A DNA stretch of 63,450 nucleotides, from NCBI RefSeq assembly GCF_006345805.1, contig NW_021831869.1, positions 1-63,450 on the forward strand, given 5' to 3'. The notes under the pieces are model-generated. The model had not been told where the DNA came from, ran no database searches, and saw only the letters and a list, made by a program, of their open reading frames with translations. Below are positions 27,411-42,333 of the stretch, piece after piece. Source of the stretch: Octopus sinensis (lineage: Eukaryota). Each line of letters opens with the position of its first letter. Positions within the stretch are counted from its first letter, which is position 1. A program made the translations under genes and the position numbers.

Positions 27411-28084
27411 AGTGTTCTCATGAGAGAGAGGGGTGGGGAGTGAGAGGGAGAGAAATGGAAGGAGAGAGAGGGAGAGAGAAAGAATGAGAAACAGAAAGAG
27501 AGACAAAGAAAGACCTAACGTACGTGATATCGGAAAAGGTTATCTCGTTCGCAATAGATCTGTTAATTTCACTAGCCTCTAAGCAGAATATTGTTGTTAA
27601 AGACAGCGCGAGAGGGACTTGTTCTAATTGTACACCATGTTCCATATAGATACTGAATTTCACTGTACTCCCTTTGAAAAGATTGTATGGTGCAGACTAC
27701 ATTATCTACGATGCCTTTCACTGACAACATGGTGTGAATATTGGTTGCGATTAAGCTGCTCTTTCGAGTAGGCCGAAAGATTCTGTAGAAGCTCGAACAT
27801 TAGCAATAATTGTTTAGAATAATACATGTTGTTGAGTCCTTGTCCAATCTTAATCGAGCGGGCTTATTATGATCAAGGACAATCCAGTCATGAGCTTTCC
27901 GACTTTTATCATCTAGTTCCTGTGCTTCATTGCATGAGCGTCTGTCTTTTTCTCTCGTTAGAGTACGATGTGATTTGAGGGTGGTATGGTTTCTCTTTCT
28001 TTCGTGTCAAATGGCCCACAAATCGCTAAGTATATCCGTCTTTGGTGAGACTCACATATAGCAATCATTCTTTTCTTTTTATCT

Positions 28085-28430
28085 TTTACCTGTTTCATTC
28101 ATTTCACTGCAGCCATGCTGGGGCAACGCCTATCAAACCCAGGGCTTATTTTTTAAAGCCTAATACTTATTCTATCAGTCTTTTTTGTCGAACCGCTAAG
28201 TTACGGATACTTAAACACACCAACACACGTTGTCAAGCAGCGATGGGGGACAAACACAGACACACACACATACATACATATATATGTGTGTGGGTGTGTG
28301 TGACGGGCTTCTTTTAGTTTCCATCTACTAAATTCATTCACAAGACTTCGATCGGCCCGAGGCTACATTAGAAGACACTTGCCCAAAGTGCCAAGCAGTG
28401 GGACTGAACCCGGAAGCTTCTTACCCCACA
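28085..28430 (-). mobile_element. SINE family B, near full length
   Basis: Reverse complement of tail, body and head (GCAGTGGGACTGAACCCGGAA). Confidence 0.82.
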
Positions 28431-28767
28431 GACGCACCCGCACCTCCATACAACGGGGAAGGAAAGAAACGAAATCATTTGACATATTTGTTGTTCTGTA
28501 CCGAGTTACAGTTACTTCCTCAACCAGTGATAACGATATTATTGCTCACAAATTGGCATATAAAATAAGTAATATGTGTGTATATACACATACGTGTATA
28601 TAATAATGAGTTTATATGTTGATGTCGAACACAACGGACCAAATACTAACGTTGGTCAGTCTCGTGTCTGTGTCTATCAGACCGTCAGAGCCAATCAAAC
28701 AACACTATTTACACTTATTTACCCGATATTTACCAGACCTTGTCTTTAATATGGTTTGTTTGACCGC

Positions 28768-28873
<106 letters not shown>

Positions 28874-29201
28874 GCACTTGACCACAGTATTTACTTTGTA
28901 AAATGTGAACTGACCTGTCCAACACCTTTGCAGGAAGTAGATAACGTGACCATTCTACTGTGAAGTTTTGTGTGTGTGTGTGTGTGTGTTCCGTTCTTTC
29001 GTGTCTGTCTCTGTGTGTAAACGCTGTAAGGAACATGTGTAATGCTGTGTTATGATCCTATGTATGTAATTGTGTGCGTGTTTGCGTGTGTGTGCTATTG
29101 TTTAAATTAGTGTCTGTGTATGGGGTGGGTTGTTTAGTAGTTACGGATGACTGGACTTGGCTTGTTAGCGATCCCTTTTCTCGTTCTAAATATGTACTTA
29201 A

Positions 29202-29242
<41 letters not shown>

Positions 29243-30436
29243 TAAATGCACACACAACGAATCTTACCATATTAAATCGTATGGTGCACTTGCATTACTC
29301 TTTCTCTCTTTTATTCTCTTTCATCGAATATATATACTATGTTCCGAATTTCACGCCTTATACTTGTGCTAAATAGAATTTGGAAAGCAAACGAAGAATA
29401 ATTTCTTACATGGGTACAAAATAGGTACGACCCTATTACACACACATAGGCACACGCACACACACACATCATTGGTGTTTTATGTTATCGTCCCCGGGTA
29501 AGATGATAAAGATGCAGAACAAATTCAAGATATTTTGCTAGGTGCTCTAATATGGTCCTTTCCCTGTTTGATTAATTAATTTCTATCAATGATCGATTAC
29601 ACGTTTCGGTCTTCTACACTTCATCAATAACTAGTAATTGTTGTCATGAGTTTAAAATTAAAATAGTATATTTGTATCAGCTCAACTGTTGCATATGTAT
29701 AATCATAATGTATTGTTATCATATGCTATGTGTTAATTGTAGGAGTATGGCTTAGTTATAGTGATTAGACGAGTTCATATTGCAAATGTGTTAAGCAAAA
29801 ACTAAACTTGGTAGCAAGAGAATCTACATTTGACCTGGTAATTTTTCTTCTTGTTGAAACTCTTGTCATATTTATAAGGCTAAGAAATCAAGTTTTTGGG
29901 TGGAAGTAGTTGATATTCGAAAATGTGCTTTATTTCCTCTTTTTGTTCAAAACCTTACTGTACCCTAAAGGTCAACAAAAATAAAACAAAATTCCATTCT
30001 AGTCTATCTAATTTTGTTTGTCATTCAGCTCATTAATATTATTAACCCGTTTGATTTCTCTAATTACATTCATCAGTACAAATAACATTATTATTTTGAA
30101 CGGAACTTATACAAATAAATTATCATGGTTTTAAATGCAAATTAACAGCTACCCGTTTCATTGATGAAGTGTTTAAAGCGAAACGTATATGTAACTTTAT
30201 TACTTTAACGTTGTTACTATTTGGTTACCGATTTCTATGAAAGATCTACTGTACAAAACAGAAAATCACATCTTTCCATGAAACAAAGAAATGAATTACA
30301 AAACAAACACACGAACACAGATAATCGACAAAAATATTTTTTTATCCTCACTCTGAATCAAGATATATTTCTAACAAAAAGTTTCCAGTAATTATGATCA
30401 AAACGGATCATATGCATGTGAGAACTTTTATATACT

Positions 30437-30999
30437 AGCACTCCGTCGGTTACGACGAGGCTTGCTGTTGATTTGATCAACGGAACAGCCTGCTCGGGAA
30501 ATTAGCATGCGAGTGGTTGAGTACTCACTCCACAAACGCACGTACCCTTAACGCAGTTCTCAAGGGAACTCAGCGTGACACAGAATGTGTCAAGGCTGGG
30601 CCTTCGCATTACAGGTATGTCTCGGCGGCGAGCTGGCAGAAACGTTAGCATGCCAGGCGAAATGCTCAGCGGTATTTCGTCTGCCGTTACGTTCTGAGTT
30701 CAAATTCCGCCGAGGTTGACTTTGCCTTTCATCCTTTCGTGGTCGATAAATTAAGGATCAGTTACGCAACTGGGGTCGATGTAATCGACTTAATCCCTTT
30801 GCCTGTCCCTGATTGTCCCCTCTATGTTTAGCCCCTTGTGGGTAGTAAAGAAATAGAAATAGATATGTCTCATTTTTTGCCAGTTGAGTGAAATGGGATA
30901 ACGTGAATTAAAGTTTCTTGCTGAAGGACACAACGCGCCGTCGTGAATCGAACTCATGGGTTCACGATCGGGAAGTGAATACCCTAAGCACTAAGCCAA
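30437..30999 (-). mobile_element. SINE family D interrupted by a family A insertion
   Basis: Colinear with 20121-20408 once 30624-30871 is removed. Confidence 0.8.
30624..30863 (+). mobile_element. SINE family A, young full-length copy with 8-bp TSD, nested in a family D SINE
   Basis: TATGTCTC occurs at 30616-30623 and 30864-30871. Tail is (GAAATA)n. Confidence 0.9.
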
Positions 31000-31979
31000 G
31001 TGTAAGTTTTAAAAAAAATTCGTAAGAACGTAAGAAGAACTCAATACAGGTCGAGGAATTTATATCGTTTGACGTCTGGACATATGAATTTTCAAGTAAA
31101 GTTGGAGTACAAAAATGACCATCAGTTTCGAATGAATAACAAATAAACATGCGCGCGTGCTAATATCTGAAGTTTGGTTCATCTGTCGTGGCGGCTTCTG
31201 CCATTTACGACAACCTGCGGTAAGTTTTACTTCGTCTGTACAACTTGTCATTTAGCTCTGCTACAGTCTCTCGTTCTTTCCCTCTTTTGTTACCCTTCCT
31301 TCGTGGATTCTCTTTCGTCACCCCCTCTCTTTCTCTTCATCTGTCTCTACTTTCTCAATGTATTTTTCTCTCTCAGTCTATCTATCATTCTATGTAACCG
31401 CCACTAATGCCATCTTTGTCACTCAATTCTCTCTCCTCTGTTTCTGACTGTCTGTCGCTCTCCCCCACCTTTTCTCTCATCATCTCCCCACCTCTCTCTC
31501 TATCTCTCTCTCTCTCGTTATTTCATGCTAACCATTTATTCAGATTTGATGCAATATGGCGGCCCTAACTCGCGTCTCTGACACTAATTCAATATAATTG
31601 CTGTTGTTGATATTGTTTTATATTTAATTGCTGTTGTCGTTGTTTTGTTCACTTTTCAAATCATTTACTAGTTTATCGACATCGCATTGTGCAGGTGTGG
31701 GTGGTGGTGGTGGTGGTGGTGTTGGTGATAATAAAGATGACAGTGTCGGCAATAGCGGTGGTGGTGGTGGTGGTGGTGCGCGCTGGTATTGGTTTTTGTG
31801 GTAGCGCTTTTGGTTGTAATTGTGTAAATAGATTTGTTGTTTTCCTTGTTGTTGTTGTTAGTGGTGGTGGTGGTGGTGGTGGTGGTGCTTGCTACTGTCA
31901 GTGGACTTGTGATCGAGCGCTTATTTTATTACTGTTATTGTCCTTGATGCTGACAATAAATCATTATTAAAGCAGTGGC

Positions 31980-32010
<31 letters not shown>

Positions 32011-32043
32011 TATTATTATTATTATTATTATCATCATCATCAT

Positions 32044-32475
32044 TGAGTGAGAGAGCAGTGCATGCCATCAAAGTGACACTAGGATATGAAGATAAACAGC
32101 GCATGACCTTGCAGGTGGGGGCTCAGTTAGAATTTTCTTCAGGTCGAGTAACCCATCCCGCTCATAAGGTCTCTGAATAAGGTTTGTTTGTGGATGATGA
32201 ACGAAACGCTCATGTCTCCAGATGTGAATTTATTCAAACACCAAAGAATTCCTCTCAACACATGGCTATGATGTTCCTCCACTACTCCTGTTTGAGATCA
32301 GAGATGCACATATTGTGAGTCACTAAGGGACATGCTCAACTGGTTAGGGTCAAACAACTGACAAGCAAATCTGTGGTATTGACCAGATCTTTTGTTGTTG
32401 CACAGCTTTTACACAAAGCCAAAACAGTACATGATAACACTTCCAATCAGTTAAGATCAGGAGCTATGAGAACCA
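32044..32475. mobile_element. Interspersed repeat family F, probably an RTE-related retroposon; second truncated copy at ~35451-35575
   Basis: TGAGTGAGAGAGCAG..GCATGCCATCAAAGTGACACT is present at both loci, each embedded in (ATT)n or (ATC)n. Confidence 0.65.
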
Positions 32476-33030
32476 AATTATTATTATTAGTATTATCATC
32501 ATCATCATCATCATCATTATTAACATCAGCAGCAGTAATAACGTAATACATACTAATTGCTGCCCTTAACTGCAAATTCAATGCCAGCGTGTGAAAAAAT
32601 GTGATGCATCATGGAAGTGATGCTAGTCCACAGCAGTATTAATTCACCCTACAGCTTGTTTATATGATAAATTAATTTAGCTAACTTTGGTGTTCATATA
32701 ATGATGTACCAGTAAAACATTAGGGTCTGGGACAATCAACTACATTCCTCCTTCACCCCTATAGACATCTGCCTTTAGAAGTCTTATATATTATTGGGTA
32801 TATATATTATTCTTATATTGTTGAAAGTGACCTCGAAATTTCGTCCAGTGAAGCCATCGTCGGATCTGGCCGAAACTCCGAAGTCACTATCAATAATATT
32901 CTGTAAGAAAAATAATTTTGTCCTCTACATAAGTATAGAGTAACCCATTAGATTAATGTAATATCGTTTTTATTACAACTGAACGCGTGTGTGTATGTGC
33001 ACAGGTATATATATATATATATAAAATAAA

Positions 33031-33273
33031 TGCGCCCTTTTAAAGCCTAGCAAGGCTCATGGGCCCAGTTTCCCAGTTTCAATGGCGTATGTGTTCCCCA
33101 GCTGGATGGGACGCCAGTTCATCGCAACGTTGCTCATTTTTGCCAGCTGAGTGAACTGGAGCAACGTGAAATGAAGTCTTTTGCTCAAGAACACAGTGCG
33201 TCGCCCGGTCCAGGAATCGAAACCACAATCTTATGATCATGATGCTGACACCCTAACCACTAAGCCACGTGCC
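33031..33273 (-). mobile_element. SINE family C (tRNA head, V-domain-like core)
   Basis: The minus strand begins GGCACGTGGCTTAGTGGTTAGGGTG...GGTTTCGATTCCTGG, followed by GTGTTCTTGAGCAA and CCAGTTCACTCAGCTGGC. Confidence 0.75.
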
Positions 33274-33814
33274 CCCCACACACGTGTGTGTGTGTGTGTG
33301 TGTGCATGTATGTATATGTGTGTATTTGTGTATGCGTGTGTGTGTCTGCATTTTACATAACTATCTAGAGACGGTTGATCTGATGACATATGTTGAAATT
33401 AAAAGCAATTACTTCGTGTAAAAGGCATGATAATAATTTCACACACAAACACATACAGATTGTTCGCAGTTGAAACACCCCCATTGTATTGGTTTGTTCA
33501 TTGTAACGGACATAGAGGATATTATCAAAATATTTGGTAGTTCATCAGCCGACCTTATTCGTTGACACAATTCCGCTGTATTCATTCAATCGAAGTTAAA
33601 TAATCAATACAAACATCTCTGGATATTCTTACTTCATGTGAATTGAACTGAAGTTAATTTTTAAAAATCAAATAATTAAACTACAGAGCAAAAGAAAAAG
33701 AAAGAACGAACCTGAAAACACACCCTAGTTTTTACACTAAGAGATCAATGACTCCGCCTGCATATGGAACATGGTGCAACCGATCTATATTTTCACTGTC
33801 AATTTTCTTGTTGT

Positions 33815-34704
33815 TGTTAAGGTGGTAGAATCGTTAGTGCGGCGAACAAAGAACTTAACAGCATTTCTTTAGACTCTTTACATTCTGAGTTCAAACACCA
33901 CCGTGATGAACTTTACCTTTCATCATTTCGGAATCGATATCATAAGTGCAAGTCAAGTACTTTGATGATGTCATCGGCAAGTCACCTATGTCAAAATAAC
34001 AAGATTTATGCTGTTCCTGTAGTACAGTTTCTCAGCAAACTTTTTTCACCTGCGGTACACTTAAATTCTTTTCAAAATTCGGTGGTGTACCTGAACGAAA
34101 AATATAACAAAAAGTATAAGGGAAAAAGATCACATTCAGTTTACACTGCGGCACACTTAGCATCATCTCATGGCACACTAATGTTCCGTAGCATATCGGA
34201 TGCGGAGCACTACTCTAGTAGATTGTCGACTCTGCTTTTCATCCTTTCGGGGTTGATAAATTGAGTACCAGTTGAGTACTGGGGTCGATGTAATTGTCCA
34301 GTCTCCTACCCACAAATTTCAAGCTTTGTGCTTATAGTAGAAAGGATTATTATTGTTGTTGTAGTTGTCGTTGTTACTGTTATTATCATTGTCATTGTCA
34401 TTATTATTCCCCCACGGAGATGATTACGGGGCTGGTTGTGTCCCAATATCTCAAACTTTAGATTCTGCTAACATAATTACAGCTATCACGTGTTCCGTCG
34501 TCCTTGACATTTCCCGTCTTTCTTCAAACGGATGTTGACATGACGATGTCACTCTAATCTTTAAACTCCCGCCCCGTTTCTTGCCTCGCTTACCTTCGCT
34601 CACCCTCCTTCACCATCGTTCTCCCTATCTGTCACTCAGTCTGTCTGTCTGTCCCGTCTTTTTTCATAGTCTGACTGTCATCATTAGTCTCTTTCTTTCT
34701 CTCA

Positions 34705-34749
<45 letters not shown>

Positions 34750-34823
34750 GTAGATATAATATATATATATATATACATACATATACACATATATATTTCT
34801 CTCCCACTCTTTCTCTTTCGTTA

Positions 34824-34858
<35 letters not shown>

Positions 34859-35415
34859 CCACTCCACCTCTCTCTCTCTCTGCGTTTTCTTGTACTCTAA
34901 GCTGTCTTCCCTTCTTTCGGAAATGGTATCATTACACACACACACACACACACACAACACACACACACACACACACACCCTTCGTATCCCCAAACCCACA
35001 ACACCTTGCATAATTTGTCGATGCATGCACTGCTGCAGGTTCCAATACAGATATCACCCCCACCCCCCCTCCAACCCACGCCAGCCAACCCATTTTTCTC
35101 CCGCCCCGGTTCCACGCCACCAACCTTGACATTCCACCAACAACTCACCGACTGCCCCCCCCGCCCGACACCCAACCTCTCAGCACTCCCCTCCTCTTTG
35201 CACCACCTCCTCCACCATCATCCTACTCGTGTATCCCGTTGCTTTTCTTGTCTTCTCCTTTTCCTTAGCACCAATTTAACACGTAATCACTGTTTGAAAT
35301 TATCAACCATTTTGTCTGTAAGCTTGTCGCAATGGAGCTAAAATTGACGTATCTATTTATTTGTTTATTTATTTATCGTCATTATCATTCTATGAAAGAA
35401 TCTCTTCTTCTCCTA

Positions 35416-35451
<36 letters not shown>

Positions 35452-35572
35452 GAGTGAGATAGAGAGAGAGCAGCGGATGCCATCAAAGTGACACTGGGGT
35501 AAAGCATACGAAGCCCAGTATACCCATCATGACTACCCGTCTGATAATTGTACATCAGGCACATGTATTACA

Positions 35573-35618
<46 letters not shown>

Positions 35619-35776
35619 GTTAAAATTCCACCGAGGTTGACTTTGTCTTTCATTGTCTCGGGGGCGATAAATTAAGTACCAGTAAAATACACGATTCGAT
35701 GTTATCAACTTCCCCCCTGCCCCAAATTTCAGGCCTTGTGCCTATAGTAGAATCATCATCATTATTATTATTATTA

Positions 35777-35808
<32 letters not shown>

Positions 35809-35920
35809 GATTCAAACACTGGTGAATTTTGTCTTTCAAATTTTCGGGGTCGATAAATAAAATACGTACCGATGTAATCGAGCTAGCCCATCCCCTGATT
35901 CCATGCCTAGTACCTATAGG

Positions 35921-35962
<42 letters not shown>

Positions 35963-37909
35963 TCATGCCAGGGATGTCTTGAGGCTTTGTGACAACGAGT
36001 CTCCTCAAATCTCAAAAGTCTTTTCTTAGGATTCTCGCAGTAAACAGAATTTCATTTCACTGGAGGTCAACGATGCGAATCTCAATTCCAATATCTTTTG
36101 GTCAGTTATTTAACAGTTTCAGTGTGGTGCCAATTACCACAAGAATAATTGTCATCTCATTCTTCCACAATCTCTTCATATCTTGCTGGATCTAGCTAGA
36201 AAGGTTATTATTATGAGGTCGCAGAATCGTTTGCATGCCGAGCAAAATTCTTATCGGCATTTCGTCTGTCTTTACGTACTGAGTTCAAAATTCTGCCGTG
36301 GTCGGAATTTTTGCTTTCATCCTTATGGGGTCGATGAATTAAGTACCAGCTGAGCACTGGGATTGATATAATCGATTAGCTTTCTCAACTAACAATGAGA
36401 GAGCTAATCGATTAGCTCGCTCAGGCATTGTGCCAAGATTAGAAAGAAAAAGAGAGGTGAACTGAGAGATCGCTAGAGTGTCGGAAAAGGTATCATTCTG
36501 TCACTTTCCCAGCTCTTTTCAAATTCTGAGTTGAAATCCAGCCGGGATTAACTTTGTTTATCAATCCTCCGGAGTCGATAAATAAAGAACAGCTGCGAGT
36601 TTTGTGTTTAAATGAGGAAGAGCACCTCCTAACGCTATTGCTACTACTGCTGCTGCTCGTTCTGTTATTGTTATTCTTTGTTATTGAGAAATACACCTAG
36701 AATCTCTATTAATCTTGAATTAAGAATTCGCTATACCTTGGCGATGAACAAGAAAATATTAATACTTAACAAAGTCTGTGAGAATGCTCTAGCAATAGTC
36801 ACAGATGTTAAAACTGCTGTTTTCTAAAACGTGCCCATGTCCATCTTCATAGGTAATATTTCGATGTCTTTGAAGAAATGGTTGTATATTATCACAGTTA
36901 CGACGGCTTCTTTCAATTTCCAGTTACAAATGGAATGGTAGACACATTCTTTAACTACCATACTGGTTGCAGGTCAACAGATCGTTCTATGCCATTCCTT
37001 GGCAGTCTTGTTCACTGTATGACAACATTTCAGTTATTTCATGTTATGAAGTTTGCTTATTACTGTACTCTTATTATATCTGCCATAGAAAGTAATGTAT
37101 TGTTATTTTTATTGCGATCTAAAGGGATGAGCTGTTAGAATCAGTAGAGCGTCCGACAAAATGCTTAGCGGTATTTCTTCTGGGTTTTTTAACCTTCTGA
37201 TTTCAAATCCCACCATTAACAATTTTGCATTTCATCCTTTCGGGGTCGATAATTTAAGCGCCAGTGAAACATTGTGATCGATGTAATCGATTAATCCCCT
37301 CTCCTAAACTTTTAGGCCTTCTGCCTTTAGTAGAAAGGAGTATTATTTTTTTTAACGTCGAACATCTCCCTCCTATTGAGGATCACACATTGTTGAGTTT
37401 TTAAAATTTTGTTTGTCTTGTTTACGCGCAAAATCCTCACAAGGACACACATACACATTGTTTGTATTGTCCTGTGCTGTCTTTTACGCTTTTACTCTTT
37501 TACTTGTTACAGTCATTTGACTGCATGTTTGTTACAATCACTTAGCGAGACTCACCCAGCATCCTAGAGCGAGTGAAAGGTAAGAGATGTTACAGTTTGA
37601 CTGAAAACTTGAAGAGGGGAAAGCAGCAGGGGAAGTATCGAAATATCTTTATGTAATACAACAAATACGTTTAAATTGTATTTCTCAGCCCTACCCCCCT
37701 CCCGCCCGCCGCCATTCATGATGTTTGGTGAGATAACACATGACAAGCTGTAAAGTTTTGTCACAGGAAAAGATCTGAAGAAAGAAATATGTTCGTTTTA
37801 GTGATGTGACTGACAAAGCAATTGATGTTTACATATCACGTGATTTAAGTTGTCATTGGCCACAGAAGTTGCTTGCTTGTGTGTGTCTGTATGCGCTTGT
37901 GTATTTCTC

Positions 37910-37943
<34 letters not shown>

Positions 37944-39230
37944 CGCGCGCGTGTCACTGTTGGCCTGTGTTGTGATGTGATGTGACGAATCTCTGAAACT
38001 ATAAAATGATTAAGATTTTATCTTCAACCAAAATGTGTATCACAGCCTGTTTGTAAAGACAGTGACAAAACATCTATTCATTTATTTATTTATTTATCTA
38101 TCTAACAATCATTGTTGCTATCAATCAGTCAATCAGTCAAAATCAAGCTATCTACCCACATATATATAATGTAAATTTATGCGTACATACACACACACAT
38201 ACTCATAGATTTTTCAGTATTCTCTAATCGTAAATCTGTCCTATTCTATGCTGTTATCATTATTGTTGTTGCTGTTGCTGTTGCTGTTCTTATATGGTTC
38301 AGTTAACGCGATCTGGCGGTATGAACTATAGAATCACAAACAACAACATAACAAAGGGCAGAAAATTGTTTCATAAGTCTGTCATATTGTAAGTAGATGA
38401 GGTATAATAATAATAATAATAATGATGATGATAATGATGATGTGGAGGAGGAGGAGAATGTACTTAAAATTTTCAACGTAATGGTTCAAGCATCAGTCAT
38501 AAAATGGTGATTCAGTAGAACCTTCAAGTTATCGCCATATAGCTAGGCAGGCACACAGACAGACAGTGCTAAATAGACAGATAGATAGACACAAACATGC
38601 ATACATATATGCATACATTCATAGATGAGTGTGTGTGTGTGTCTTTGAGTTTTTATTCCCCCCCCCATACTGCTTGGCAACTGGTGGTGGTTTTGGTCTG
38701 TCTAAGTGCCCATAGTTAAGCGGTTTACCAAAAATGCCTAATACAATAAGTAGCCGGTTTTAAAAAAAAAGGAGGGAAAGAAATTTTGGGGGGGCAGTGA
38801 TTAGCATGTCAGGTAAAATGCTTAGCCACATTTTCGTCTGTCTTTACGTTCTGAGTTCAAATTCCACCGAAATCGACCTAGCCTTTTATTCGTTCGGGGT
38901 CGTTAATAAGTATCAGCTGAATGCTGGAGTCGATATAACTAAGTTAACCTCTTCTTCGAAACTCCTGGCCCTGAGCCAAAATTTCCAACCATTATTAAAA
39001 TAGATACGAAGGCAGAGTGAGCTGGCAGAACCTTTAGCGTGCTAAAGGTTCTTAGCGGCATTTCGTCCATCTTCACGTTTCATGTACAAATTTTACTGAG
39101 GTCGACTTTGCCTTTCATCCTTTCTAGGTCGATAAAATAAGAACCAATTGATCACCAGGATCGATGTAATCGACTTGTTCACCACCCCAAAATTGCTAGC
39201 TTTGTGCTAAAATTTGAAACAATTATTAAA
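33815..39230 (+). mobile_element. Cluster of about ten older family A SINE copies or fragments in the same orientation
   Basis: The core CTTTCATCCTTTCGGGGTCGATAA and variants recur near 33915, 34240, 35650, 35835, 36315, 36560, 37230, 38885 and 39110, mostly followed by (ATT)n. Confidence 0.8.
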
Positions 39231-39813
39231 GTAGGTGCTGCAGCTGGCCGCCTTAGTAACTACTTTAATAATACAAGGTTTTGTATCAAGCGCAGCAATG
39301 GTTGTTTGGTAGTCGTTTATATAGGAAACATCATTTCTTTTCGATATATTGTATTTTGAAAACATGATTATGTTCAAGTGTGTATTATATCGTGAAATAT
39401 AAAGAAAGAACTGGTCCTAGTCGAAAGAATTCTTATAATATATTTCACTGTGTTGACTTTCTGCATCGTAAATCTGATTCTGGTGTTCTTCAAATTTATC
39501 CAAACCAAAATATATTTAAAACTTAAAAATTACCTCCCATACACACCCACACGCGCACAATGGATGTTTATGTGTCAAAATCCAAACAAAGAGGAAAAAA
39601 GTAAATAAACTTCCTAAGGTGCATTTGAGTGCATTACATGTCGATGCATATTTCCATATTTCTGTTCTTTTAAATTGGTTGTTACGTATGTTGAGAAATA
39701 TTTCGTTGTCGTATACCATATACCGATATTAAAACCTTTCATATCTGTAGAAAGTATTTAGTGTCTGTATAAATATATGTTGATATATAAACATGTATAT
39801 GAACATAGAAGAA

Positions 39814-39869
<56 letters not shown>

Positions 39870-40236
39870 ACATATATTATTTATGCGTGTGTATCATAAA
39901 TGAAAGGGAGACTATGAGACGATGTCTAGAAATTCTTGTGTCAGAGTGGATAATTTCATTGCTTCGTTCAAGTGTTTGCCAACAACCGTGTGTGTGTGTG
40001 TGTGTATGTATATATATATACGTATATATATATATATACATTTAAGCTATATATATATGTGTGTGGGGTGGGTATGTGTCTGAGTATGTAGGTTTTCTGA
40101 AAAACATGAATTCCAATATTCTTTATCTCTCTTATTTGTACGAGCCATTTCGGCCATACTGGAGCATCGCTTTATCACATTCAAATTTCGCGCGCTGCCA
40201 TAATGGCTGAGCGCATCCCTGTTTTAGTATCATCTT

Positions 40237-40323
<87 letters not shown>

Positions 40324-40454
40324 CAAACACACACACACACACATATCACGGGCTTCTTTCTGTTTCCGTCAATCAAATCCACTCACAAGGATTTGGTCGG
40401 CCCGAAGCTATAGTACAAGACACTTGCCAGAGGTGTCACGTAGTGTATACATAC

Positions 40455-40523
<69 letters not shown>

Positions 40524-40553
40524 ATATATGTATATATATATGTGTGTGTGTGG

Positions 40554-40585
<32 letters not shown>

Positions 40586-41012
40586 TGCATTTACATCCAT
40601 ATATAGCTATTTAGATTATGCCACTATACAGAGAGCTTGTTATGTAGTGCATATATGTGCTTATATTTTGTTTATCTTCGCGTATTTATTTGTGTGTGTG
40701 TGTGTAACATAACTGAAAGGGAGACGATGAGACGATGACTAGAAATTCCTGTGTCAGAGTGGATAATTTCATTGCTTCGTTCAAAACACATCGTTGAGGC
40801 AGTGCTTGCCAACAACCGCATATCTACGGACAAACACACGCACGCACACGCACACACACACACACACACACATTCACATTCACATACATATATGCTCATT
40901 AGTATATACATACAACCATACATACATAGCAATGTATGCAAAGTGAAAAATAATATTAAATATATAAAGAAAATGTAAATTTTTAGAGGTTCATATACAT
41001 ACATGCATATAT

Positions 41013-41048
<36 letters not shown>

Positions 41049-41110
41049 ATGTATATATATCTATCTATCTACACTTCGTATGTATGTATGTATGTATGTA
41101 TGTATCTATC

Positions 41111-41141
<31 letters not shown>

Positions 41142-41152
41142 CTATATATATA

Positions 41153-41183
<31 letters not shown>

Positions 41184-41367
41184 ATATATATATAAGATAG
41201 ATAGATAGATATATCTATGTAGGAAAGAGAGAGAGACAAAACAACGAAAACCGTTGACATAATTGTGTACGTATATTTGTGTGACTGTTGAATATAATAT
41301 AATATACATACATTCATGGACATACGTATATACACACACTATATATATATATATATACTCACACTAT

Positions 41368-41407
<40 letters not shown>

Positions 41408-41826
41408 AATGAAAATATATAGAATATATGTAAGTATATTTGCATATTTATACACTCCCACACAAATAAGATTTCCACGTGTCAGTTAAGATTCAAGTTC
41501 TATCCTAAAAGATGAGTAACACACACAATAACTCATACACACACTAACTCATGCACACACATGCTTATATACACATACATACACATACGCACACATACAT
41601 ACGTATATGCAGACAGCCAGACATGCAGACAATGTCCGGAGAGTTAAGCAGGAAAATAAAAAGAATAATGTGAAATCGATGTTATTATCAGCCGAATACT
41701 GTGTCATTGTTGTGAGAGAAGACGGATGCGTATGGGTGTATTCATATTGTGTGTGAGTATATGTGTGTATGTATGTTCTTAATCAGCGCCTCATCCCGAA
41801 CTTTCTCTCCTCCCCCAACCGTCAGG

Positions 41827-41867
41827 CAAGATGGCGGCGGAGAACTGTATAAAGGACCACGTGACGT
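41827..41867 (+). promoter_or_regulatory. Compact motif cluster: YY1 consensus, TATAAA and CACGTGAC E-box
   Basis: CAAGATGGCGGC at 41827-41838, TATAAA at 41848-41853 and CACGTGAC at 41858-41865, in non-repetitive GC-richer sequence. These are motif matches only. Confidence 0.3.
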
Positions 41868-42333
41868 GTTGTGCCAAAAGGCAAGGGACCTGCAAAGTCA
41901 GACAACTCTTATGTTGACGACCTTGTCAAATGGAATTCGCCAAAACAGCTAAAGTCATTTATCGTCTTTTCTCTATCGAAGCTTTCCGCGTCTGTGTGTG
42001 TGAGTGTGTTTGTGTGTGTGTGTTTGTGTGTGCGTATGTGTTTGTGTGTGTTTGTGTGTGTGAACCCGTATGGGTTATGTATATGGATGTGTGAGTGGTA
42101 ACACATAGGGTTTTGTCTGTCTAGTTATGGATAGCTGTGTATGTGTGTATGTGTATGAGTCTGTATATAGATATGAGTAATATATGGATTTCTCTCACAC
42201 TCTCTCTTTCTCTTACTCCGTCCCATTCTCTCATCTCCCTCTGTCTCTCTCACTATCTCTCTGTGTTTATCTATGATTGACTCTGTATGTGTGGAGGTAT
42301 TTACAAAGGATGTGGAAATACTTATACACAAGC

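Noticed and set aside
29595-29635. Minus-strand TTGATGAAG...CCGAAACGTGTA hammerhead-like string
   Set aside because: C3 is mutated, stem II is weak and stem I does not pair. At most it is a decayed remnant.
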